From assembly GCA_001179505.1 (NCBI GenBank), contig CDMY01000366.1:1-64000 (forward strand): a stretch of DNA of 64,000 bases, in the 5' to 3' direction. The stretch's first letter is position 1. Each line of letters begins with the position of its first letter. The notes under the pieces are model-generated. The model did not search any database. It was not told where the DNA came from and saw nothing but the letters and a program-made list of their open reading frames with translations. Below are positions 54,183 to 64,000 of the stretch, piece after piece. The DNA comes from Vitrella brassicaformis CCMP3155. Taxonomy: Eukaryota > Protista > Chromerida. The position numbers and the translations under genes were made by a program.

Positions 54183-56394
54183 TTATTCGTATCTGGCAGT
54201 GTTTCTCTTGAGGATGTCTTCGAGGTTGCCCAGCAGGCGCTTAAACGAACGCCTGTCCAACGCTGCCACCTGTGCACACACCAAAGGCAGCAAACAAAGG
54301 GCATACACACAGACGCACTCACTCTTCGTCTCCCCCCGTCCCCCCTCCCCCTCCTCCCTCCCCTGTCTGTCTGCCTGCCTTCCTACCCGCAGGTCTGATT
54401 TGGCGATGACGTTGGCGGCTCGCGGCTCGTTCTTGAGCAGCGCCAACTCGCCGAAATAGTCCCCCGAACCAAACTGCATCACCTGCACAGCACAGCAAGG
54501 CACAAAGACAGAGGCAGCAGACGGTGGTCCGCATGCAGTGAGTGAAAATGGAGTGCGTGGCTGGTATCGGTATGTATGGGGCCCCTCTTGTGTTGGACTG
54601 TGTCATTCATGTGACTGACCTCCTGCGGGCTTTGGCCCTGCACAAACGACTTGGTGGCCACGGCCTTGCCCTCCTCTACACCCACACACACACAGAATAC
54701 ATACAAACATACGCACAACACAACCCATCTCTATCCATATGATATCAATACGTATCGTATCCCCCCAGCGTCGACGTCATGTGGAATCAATCAGCGAGGG
54801 GGGTATGTTATGTATGTGAGATGGTATGTATGTGGCCACCTTACTTACCGACGATGTAGAATTTGTCCCCGGGCTCGCCCTGGGACACTATCACGTCACC
54901 GTCCTGACCACACACACACCACATATTGTCCATCCTTCCCATGTCTCTGTGTCGTCCATGAAGGTCATGGCGGTAGGCCTGCACTAGCACCCCTTTCTGC
55001 GTACGTACTTTGTAAGTTTCGGTTTTGAGTGCGTCTGCGATTTTGGATCGTTCGTATGCGTCCATGGACTCGAGGAGGGGGACCTTCTTAAGGAAGCCCT
55101 CATACAGCTCGCGCTTCTTGCTCGCAGCCTCCTTGACGATGTGGTTGAAACTCTCACGGTCCAGCTGCCACAACACACAGCTGGGGACCGACCATCATAC
55201 ACGTGAACGCCACACACATACACGTGAGACATGTGTGTGTATGTGTGTGTCTGTCTGTCTCCCTCCCTCCCTCCCTCCCTCCCTGGTTCCTCCCTTCCTG
55301 TTTTGTGTGTGTGTATGTGACATACTTGTCTCTGGCGTTGACCGAGGCAGCGCGTGGGCAGTTGTAGAGGAGTGCGAGTTCGCCAAACGCATCGCCCGAC
55401 TGGCAGACCTTGACCAGCTTCTCGTCGTCCTCGCCGGGGAACTTCTTGTAGCAGTCGATGGTGCCGCTCTCAACCACAAACAAACAGTCGCCGTCGTCTC
55501 CCTGCTGGATGATACGCGTACCTGCTGACACCACCTAAACACACATCCACACACACAGACACACAGACAGACAGACGGACAGGCAGGTGCATGTCTCGCT
55601 TGGCATCTGGCCGGCTGGCTGGTGTATGTGTGTGTGTGCGATGCAAAACAGCCGACTGACCTTTTCCTGCATGGCATCGATGACGGTTTTCATGTCTTTT
55701 TCCTCTAGGTTTCTGAAGAGGAATGACTGCTCGAGTACAGCCTGGATGCGGGCCTTCTGGTCGTCGCCCTTCTGGTAGACGGGCGCCACGAATGCCTTCT
55801 TCTGGTTCCACTTGCCGTAGGCCTCGGCGCTGACCGACTGGCGGGGCCCGCGAGACGCGTACGCCTTCGGGGGCATCGCGGGCATCTCCTCAACCGTGTC
55901 CTCATCCTCCTCGTCCTACAGAGACAGACAGACATACGCCAAGAATCAATGAGTGACATGACAACCGCACACAGACAGACAGAAAAACAACAACACAGCG
56001 ATAAATGGAGCTCTGGATGGTTGCTCGCTCATTCGGTGTGTCAAGTGGGTGAGTGCCACCTGACCTCATCGTCCTCATCGTCTTCCTCGTGGTGTTCGTC
56101 CTCCTCGGGCGGCGCCTTGATGCCGCACTTGGCCTCCAAGTCGCGGATGTACTCCTTGAGTCGGCCTATCTCCTCCTGCAGGACTCCCTCATTGACAGAG
56201 CTACGGTGCTGGGGTGGGCCCATGGTGGCCCCAGCCATACCCCCAGGGGCTGGCAACTTGGCCTCCTTGCACAGCCACGACACCATGTACGGCGCGGGGT
56301 CATCCGGCTTGTCCAGCAACAGCTGGGTCACCAACGCCTCCAGCAACGGGTTGATTTTGCTCTGGATGTAGTCCTGGTGCTCTGCCGCACTCAT
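54183..56394 (-). CDS. PKAR: cAMP-dependent protein kinase regulatory subunit (PKAr)
   Basis: N-terminal D/D-like helix pair (INPLLEALVTQLLLDKPDDPAPYMVSWL), inhibitor linker RGPRQSVSAEAYG, CNB-A (IIQQGDDGDCLFVVESG; FGELALLYNCPRAASV), CNB-B (VSQGEPGDKFYI; FGELALLKNEPRAANV; LDRRSFKRLLG). Confidence 0.95.
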
Positions 56395-56612
56395 CCTGAC
56401 TCACCAAAGGCGGAGATTCCGGTCACCAGACGCCCACCCTGCTGCCGCCGGTTTTTCGCTGAAGATTGGGGCCCACCGCCGTTGGGGGCCAACGAAAGGT
56501 CGGCGAATCGGTGCGATCGAATGGATTTGGTTTTGACCGTTGACCATACGTCCATATGTCTCATTGGGCATACGGTTAGTCGGCCCGTTGTTGTGCAATA
56601 CTATGTGTGTGT

Positions 56613-59600
56613 TCACTGGCTGGCGTGGTGATACGTGCCAGCCTCGAGTTGCTGGATGACGGCCTTCTTACGCAGGAGCATCTCCACATTGTACCGCAAC
56701 CTCTCATCAAAGGGCAGCGAGTCTGAAGCCACCCGCCGCAGACGAGAGGAAAGGAAGGACACCACACACACAGAGGGCTCATGAACAGGCGCTGCTGGCC
56801 GGATCTGTCTGGCTGTCTGTCTGGAAATGTGAGGGAGTGGCTGAGACCGACCATATCTGGCGTTGATGAAGTCGACCATGAGTTTCCTCGTGAAGACGTT
56901 GCAGGCCTCCACACGAGTTGGGTCGAATCGAGCCACCAGCAGATTCACATCGAGCAAACCCTGGACACGACACCATTCCACCACCCAATCAATCAATACG
57001 TACGCGCACAGTTTCACTCGTGTGTGTGTGAGAGGGCGTGTGGTCTGTCTGCATCTGTCAGTCATACAAGGAGGACGGGGTGGGAGAGGCCCAGGATGTC
57101 CTGGTAGAGGAGATGGGACCTGGCACACAGGTGCCGGATGCTCTCACACAACTACATACATCCCATCCATCCGCACATAGACAGACAGACAGACAGACAA
57201 AGAGAGAGACCAGCCATACATAACAACATACATACATACCAACCAACATACATACGGTTCGTTCGTGTCCGCACGCGTGTACAGCCGCCTGACTGACTGA
57301 CTGACTGACCATCACTTCGAATTGCACACGTGAGAGTGACCCCCGCAGCGGCTGCATGATGGGCAGGCTGAGGAACTCGTTCATGCGCCACTCAAACTCG
57401 AGCACGTCCTGCACGCACTCACACACACACACACACACGTGTAGGGTAGGGAACCAACAGCAATAGATCATTCATTCAGCCCACCCACCGACCCCCCGCC
57501 CCGCCTGTGTGTGGTGGCTGGGCTGGCTGACCTTGGCGAGTGTGTTTCTGTGTATGCGTTGCAGCCACTCCTTTCTGTACAGGTGTCTCTTCCGCTCCCG
57601 CCTGTCGGCCATCGTGAACATTCGGGGGCCCACCTCCTCGTCATCGACCATCTTGGGGTCCAGGTTGCTCTTATCGACGTTCCCATGCTCGTCGGTCTGC
57701 ACCCAGCCATCGCAACACCGCGCTTCGCACGCACCCGGCTGGTCACATCCGTCCATTGACTGCTACCTTATGGTCAGGGAGTATCCTGTACAGGTCGGTC
57801 TCCAAATGGCTCTGGTCAGCCGCCAGCTTGCTGCAGTGCACCCACCCATATCATACAGTAAGCATAAATCATGCATGGGTGCAGGAAGGCCCGGGGTCGA
57901 TATCTATTTACTTGAATATTCGCTTGAGCTGGTCGACGTTGCCGCCGACGAGTGTCCAGACGGCATCGAACTGCTCCTCGCGCTCAAACAAACGGGGTAT
58001 CATAATGGACCTGACAGACACGTCTCACACACACACACACACACCCAATGACGGACGCATTCATACATATGATGCGGTAGGTGGATTGGATTGCTGGTGC
58101 GTCTGGTTGTGTGTCTGGCTCACTTGGCCATTTCCATGTCGAAGGGTTCCACTTCACACACCTCCATCTTCTTGCTGGACGGCCAGGCTGTACGTGGTCC
58201 ATCATCCCCCTTGTCGCCACCGGATGACATGTGCGAGGTGGCGTTGACCAGCGCAAGCGAGTCGCTCGTCTCAAACAGCAAGTGGAAAGTGCCACTGGCA
58301 GAACCCGCCGCCGGCTTCCGGCCGCCTGTGGTGGTGGGCCCGCTGCTGGTGTTGCTGGTGTTGCTGCTATTGTTGTGGCAGATGTCATCTCGTGTTTGCT
58401 GCAGGGCTCTGACGAAGTTGGGCCCCTGCTGGTCCTGGTGCAGGAAGGGCGACCGAAACAGAGCTGCCGCGTTCTGAACTATCACACTCACTGGCACCTG
58501 CAGACAGACAGACAGACAGACGTGCGTGGGAATGACACACACACACCACAAGGCCCCAGCCTCAGCCAGCCAGTAAGGTGCTCACCCCCTGGACTGTCTT
58601 GATGTAATCGAGAACGGCGAACAGGTACCTCATGACCTGAGGAAGTGCAACGAGAGCAACAAAGGGATACACAAGACAGACAGTGGGGCTGGGCGAGGGA
58701 CCCGTGGCTCTCCCTCCCTCCCTCCCTCCCTCCGTCCCCCCGGATGAACCTGGAGGCTCTTGTTCAGGTATGTATCTGGGGCAGGCCGGCTGCCTTTGGC
58801 TGCTGCTGCCGCGTAGCCGCCCTCAGCGAGGGTGCGGAGGATGAATATGCTGCTGGTGAATGGGGAGGGGTCGGGGAGGGCACCGACGACAGCAGGGTAG
58901 TGCTGCTGGATGAACGACACCATCTCAGCCCATGACTGACCACTGAATGCACCCTGGACGGACACACGGATCCATGAGTGCAGGCAGTTGCAAACAAGCG
59001 AGCGGCAGTGGCGTCCCGTGCACATACATACACCTGCTGACCGAATCGATGACTTGGATGAATTGTCTGCAGCCTGTCGCCTGCTGCGTCGTGAGGGCCG
59101 CACTCGCCCCCCCTGGCAGAGACACAGACACCATGTTCGTTCGCCTGAGTGACTGCAAGCAAGGCGGTGCCTACTCGCTGTGTTGATGAGTTGCTCGAGG
59201 AGGGCCTTGACGGCTTGGGGGAAGTGGGGGTCGTGTCGACACACTGCATCGTACACCCAATCGCTGCAGTGCACACACACAAATGCAAAGAAGGGCAGGA
59301 AGCACCTGACTGAGTTGTTTGTTGCCTTTCTGTCTGAGTAGCTTAGCTGTTCATTGAGTACACTACCTACCATGCCTCCAGTCCATCGGTCTTTCTGAAG
59401 GTGTGTTGCAGCTGTGCCGCGATGGACCTCTCAAGCGTGTCGAAGAAGGCCTGTCAGTCAGACCGTCCCACATGCGTCACTCACTGCTCATCCATTCAGT
59501 CCTGGCACGGCACGCCACACTTACCCTGAAGTTCTTGTCCGCATGGGGCGCACAGTCGAATGTGATGACCTGAACGAACGAATGAATGGACCACACAGCA

Positions 59601-60384
59601 CAGCAGCAAACACAGAGAACAGGTCAAGCAGGTGTGTACCAAGGCAGAGGCAGGCAGGCACGTATCACTCACGAGTGGTGTCTTGTTGAGCGGGGGTATG
59701 GGTGTGTTGGTGCCTGGCAGTGCGTTGGGCACCCATGACTGGGAGGGGGCCGTGATGCTCTTGATGGCGTAGTCTATCGCCCACTTCTTGCCGCAACCCT
59801 GCGGACCAACCAACCACATGCACCCTGGTGGACCACTCACACACAGAGACCCACGAATGACGAATGAATGGATGGATGGCTCGGCCTGTGCTATGTGTGA
59901 CGCTTTGCTCGAGACCCTGCGTATGCCGGTCTGTCTGTCTGTCTGTCTGTCTGTTCTGTCTGACCTGGTCCTGTGGTCCTGTTGGTGATGAAGAGGTACA
60001 GTTTGGTCAGAAGGGTCTTTCTCAGCACTCGCGGCCAGGCGTCCATCGGCAGCTCGTACACACCAGCCATCGCAGGGATGGGACCTGACGCGCGCACAGA
60101 CATCCGCACAGTGCAAGGCAATCAGTGAAAACAACACAAGCATCTCCCTCCGCGTGTAGGGGTGTGTGTGTGTGTGTGTGTGTGTGTGACCTGGCTGCCC
60201 ATGGACTGCAGCTGTGTTGGCCCTCGCTGCTGACGAGAACCTTCGGCTGCTCAGGTGTCCGCATGATGGCAGCACAAAAACCCTGACACCACCAGAGCCA
60301 ACTATGAGTCGCACTCAAAGATCTGTGTCGTTTCACTCCTGACCTGCAACGGCAATCCAATTTCCTTGTCGGTAGCTGCGCCAT
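56613..60384 (-). CDS. Multi-exon hypothetical protein with a degenerate P-loop (GPQGCGKK); possibly an inactive AAA/'archaeal ATPase'-like protein
   Basis: A series of protein-like spliced exons (WPRVLRKTLLTKLYLFI; MWLVGPQGCGKKWAIDY; HLLFETSDSL; QFDAVWTLVGGN; LLDVNLLVARFDP; RYNVEMLLRKKAVIQQLE). The start and several junctions are uncertain. Confidence 0.5.
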
Positions 60385-60420
60385 CGCACCCTTCCTTTCC
60401 CGGTGCTTTGAAACCTCACA

Positions 60421-60512
60421 GGGTTTAGGGTCTAGGGTTTATCAAACCCTAGGGTTTATCAAACCCTAGACCCTTAAACCCTACACCCGAAAAACCCTAC
60501 CGAAAAACCCTA
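60421..60512. promoter_or_regulatory. Dense cluster of telomere-like TAGGGTTT/AAACCCTA boxes in a ~157-nt bidirectional promoter
   Basis: GGGTTTAGGG, TAGGGTTT-ATC-AAACCCTA twice in overlapping tandem (60433-60468), then AAACCCTA and AAAAACCCTAC twice, between ATG 60384 (-) and ATG 60542 (+). Confidence 0.6.
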
Positions 60513-60541
60513 CCGGTAGTGAGGGCGTGGTGCACTGAGCA

Positions 60542-63500
60542 ATGGTGCTGGAGAAGATCAAGTACATCACATCGCCGACTGCCTACCATGTCGTGCACAA
60601 CTGGTGAGCACACCGCCTACCTGATGAGTGAGTGCAGGGATGGTATGGATAGACAGACAGACAGACAGATGCACTGATGGATTCATGGCGCTGCACGTTT
60701 GTCTGTGTGTGCAGCTACGATGGCGGCCGGCTGCCCCTGCTCAAGATCTCTGCCTGGCAGAGTGACAAGCGCCTCTACTGGAAACACAAGTGGCGGAGGG
60801 GGCGCGTCAAATGCCGCTTCGGGAAGCTGAATCGACACCATGGGAGCGAGCCCGACTTCCCTGACCCCGCCATAGTGCCCCTGGAGACCGTGCCGCTCAT
60901 CGCCAAGGAGGCGGCCCTCAACAATCTGACAAATGCCGAATTCTGGCGACAGTATTGCGAGCGGCTGCGGCAGGCGCGGGACGTCATGTCGGCCAACGAC
61001 ATCAGCAACGTGCTCGACTCGCTGGTGGCGATCAACTACCGCAACGTGGAGCTCATGAAGCTGTGGAGCCGGGAGCTGGTGGACGACGTCAAGCAGCTGC
61101 GGCCCGAGGAGTGTGCCGTCATCGCCAACGGATACGCACACTTCAACTGCTACAGCCCCGACCTCATGAAGGCACTGGCTGACCACACCCTCTTCCTCAT
61201 ACACCCCAAGAGCCTCATGCTCCCGCCAGCCTCCACTGACCAGCACCAGCCACAGATGCAGATCGCCGGACCGCAGCACCAACAGTCATCCTCGCAGCTG
61301 ATGATGCCCCCCGGCGACTCGCCTGCCCCGGCACCATCCGACACAGGTGGACCGAGCGACGGTCCACGGGACAGGGCTTTGGCGGCGGGCTTCACGCCCC
61401 GGTCGCTGGGAGTGTTGCTCAACTCGTATGCGAAGCTGAATCACTACCACCCCCTGCTGCTGCAGAAGGCGGCCGAGGGCCTGGCGGCTGACGCGTCGGA
61501 GCAGCTGAGCATCCGCCAGAGGACCACCGCCAGGGCCATGTCGCTGTCGGATTACGCCAACGTACTCGTCCCCTTCGCTAGGTTCGCATACCGGAGGAGA
61601 GGCGACATCGAAGAGGGTCTATCAGGAGCAGGCAGTCGGCTGGGCACCGACATGAGTGTGGCGCGTCTGTTGGAGGCGATGAGTGTCCCGCTGGTGGACA
61701 AGCTCGAGATGCTGGCCCGCAACGGCAAGGAGCTGCTGTCTGAGAAGGACGTGAGTGACGAGATGGAGTCGAGCCCCGAGAGGGAGATGTTCCTGAGGGA
61801 GGAGGGCAACCAGCCGATGAGCGCCGAGCACTCGTACTCGTACACCAACGCCACGGGATGCGGCAACCCATGCCACGTCCTCGCCACCCTCCAGCCGTCA
61901 ACCGGGGCCACACGGGCCAGGGGCAAGTTCACCCGCAACGATCGCTTCTCGACGTGCGCTATGCCCCCGGGGGTGGGCGTCGGGCTGGGCATCGGCAGCA
62001 AGACGGCCATCAACGTGAGCTCCACCTTCGCCTTGTCGTCGGCCGCATCCGTATATCTCTCCCTGGTGGTCCTCTACACAGCGAACAAGTCGCGCGGCGG
62101 AATGCCATCGTCGCTTCGGTCGGCCCTGCTGAAGCTGCTGGCGATGCAGCTGCAGCTCATCCAGGCGTACAGCCTGCGACAGCTGGAGGCCATCGCCGCG
62201 ACACACCACAGGAACCACATGGACTACTTCTCGGAGCCTGACCTGACCACACAGGGGCTCACCGCCGACAAGGCTATGGCCGAAGGCGAGCAGCAGGACG
62301 CTGCCGTCTCCACTGGCCGCGTGAGGCTGCGTCTGAGTGAGGATGAGGGCATGGACGAGTCACTACCAGGCGAGATGATGGAAGGTGAGGAGCCCGAGGG
62401 CCTGCCGCCCTTCCCGGAGGCCAACCCGGCCCCGTCTCTGCTCTTCAGCTCTCCAATGAGTGGTGTGGCTGAGGGAGAGGGTGCGCTTGTGGCCGTCGAG
62501 GGCGGCGGCGAGGCCATGATTGACACGTCCACGGCTTTGGTGAGGAGTCGGGGTGAGGTGCTGCCGCGGGGCGGCGAGATGGTCGAGGAAGAGGACGAGG
62601 GCGAGGAGGGGGAGGATGTGCTGCCGAGGGTGTCGATAGAGCGGCAGGTCAAGCTCAAGGACTCCTTCCACACAGAGGTCTACGCCAGCTACGACCCCAT
62701 CATCGCACACAGGAGACACAGGATCCTCGCGGCACTCGGCATCGCACTCGACGCACTCGCAATCGAATGCAAACAACGGGTGGGCTGGCTGGCTGCGAGA
62801 GGGGCCACTGAGGGAGGAGGGAGGAGCTCCAGGCCAACCAACATGTGTATGGATGGATGGCTGGTGTGTGTGGTGGCATCTATCGTATTGATCAGGTGGG
62901 GGGCGATTCTGGGCCGGCGAGTGACTACTACGTGCACATGATGACAGGCCAACACACGGTACGTACGGTCACCTCACCAGCTGACTAATTGCACTCAGCC
63001 AGCCACCCAACATGTGTGTGTGTCTGATTGTGCGCCTGTGTGCGTGTGTGTGTATGTGTGTGCGTTCTGCAGATGAGTGAAGACGAGTTGGCCTTTCTGT
63101 CCCAGGCGATGGAGGTGCTGCGCGCCACAGGCTGCGTTGGGATGGCCCCGTCCTCCCTCGTCTCGGCCATGGAGCTCTTCGCCGTCTGGCGCCGCCATGT
63201 CGACGACACCCAGGGGTACGACGTCACCCCCATGGCACACGAGGCCGTGCGCAGGGCCATCACACTCAACGGAGACTTCAGGCGACTCGACAGGCTCAAC
63301 AAGGCTATGAATCTGGTGGGTGGGGGGAGGGAGGGAAGGTATTGTTCACGGCAACGCAGCGAGCGCAGCAGATGTTTGCTGCCCCCCTGGTGGGGTCGGT
63401 GTGTGGCATTGTGTTCAGGATGCCTACAGCGAGTATGCTCTGCAAAGGCCTCACTGAAGTGCTGGATGGGTGGCCTGACTGACTGGCTGTGCGGTGAAGG

Positions 63501-63558
63501 GCGACAAGGCAGGCATGGCTGCATGTATGGCCAAATGACCGGTGCGGACGTATTGTAA
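60542..63558 (+). CDS. Heptatricopeptide-repeat-like organellar RNA-binding protein; 3' end uncertain
   Basis: Exon 1 MVLEKIKY.. splices to a long exon with a basic segment (KRLYWKHKWRRGRVKCRFGK) and ~37-aa helical repeats (MSANDISNVLDSLVAINY; LRPEECAVIANGYAHFN; FTPRSLGVLLNSYAKLN; MSLSDYANVLVPFARF). A later exon at 63073 encodes MSEDELAFLSQAMEVLR. Confidence 0.7.
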
Positions 63559-63731
63559 GTCAGATTCTCATCCATCCATCTATCTGCAGACAGAGAGGAT
63601 ATCATATGAGGGGTTACATACGTACATCCATGCATCCATGCATGGCATGCATGTCATTGAAGAATGAATGTATGCACACTGACACTGACACTGTCCCCAT
63701 CTCACCAACGCATGTGTGTATGTATGTATTG

Positions 63732-64000
63732 TCACCCTAAGCCATGCGATCGTTTGTGCTGCAAAATGGCAAGGGAGGTGGCGCCCCTCAGCTCCTCCCC
63801 GCACACTTCACACTGCCACACCTCACCCCTCCCCACCGCAGCACCAGCAGCAGATGCAGCAGATGCAGATGCACTCACGCCACCCACCATCTCCCCTTCT
63901 GCAGCAGAAGCGGCGGGGGCCGCCCCCTCCGCCTCTCCCTCTCCCTCTCCCTCTCCGTCTTGCGTGGTCGCTTTGCCGCACTCCTTTTTGTGCTCGGCGA
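63732..64000 (-). CDS. 3' end of a zinc-finger protein entering from the right edge
   Basis: Open minus frame: AEHKKECGK..(low complexity)..WQCEVCGEELRGATSLAILQHKRSHGLG* with TGA at 63732-63734. C-x2-C-x14-H-x3-H C2H2-like pattern. Not in the ORF track because no start codon lies in the window. Confidence 0.55.
   Translation of the reverse strand, partial: AEHKKECGKATTQDGEGEGEGEAEGAAPAASAAEGEMVGGVSASASAASAAGAAVGRGEVWQCEVCGEELRGATSLAILQHKRSHGLG

Noticed and set aside
60421-60512. CRISPR-like or true telomere array interpretation of the AAACCCTA cluster
   Set aside because: There are no spacers or cas genes and the sequence is eukaryotic. The units are short, mixed in orientation and internal between genes, not a terminal tandem array.

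Overview
Eukaryotic, GC-rich, intron-dense genomic DNA, not prokaryotic. The gene content (alveolate-type helical-repeat proteins, PKAr, a plastid-targeted glutathione reductase) and microsatellite-filled introns suggest a chromerid alveolate such as Vitrella; that is inference. By stitching exons by eye I can support 13 complete multi- or single-exon genes plus two edge fragments. In order: glutathione reductase, an LRR/Tudor-like protein, intronless BRF1, a degenerate-RING protein, a 17-kb VPS13, an AFG3/FtsH m-AAA protease, a CAMK-like kinase, NOL10/ENP2, RPL39, an HPR protein, a stand-alone SRP54/Ffh M-domain-like protein, the PKA regulatory subunit, a degenerate P-loop protein and a second HPR protein. 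There are two 300-N assembly gaps. No tRNA, rRNA, CRISPR or mobile element was seen. The most interesting signals are: (1) longer introns carry purine/AC-type repeats near the donor and their reverse complements near the acceptor, on both strands, suggesting hairpin-assisted splicing, while the repeat-free 3' part of VPS13 has only ~55-65 nt introns; (2) a putative mitochondrial M-domain-only SRP relic (mL105-like); (3) telomere-like AAACCCTA boxes in three short head-to-head promoters. Exon boundaries and several start codons are manual estimates.
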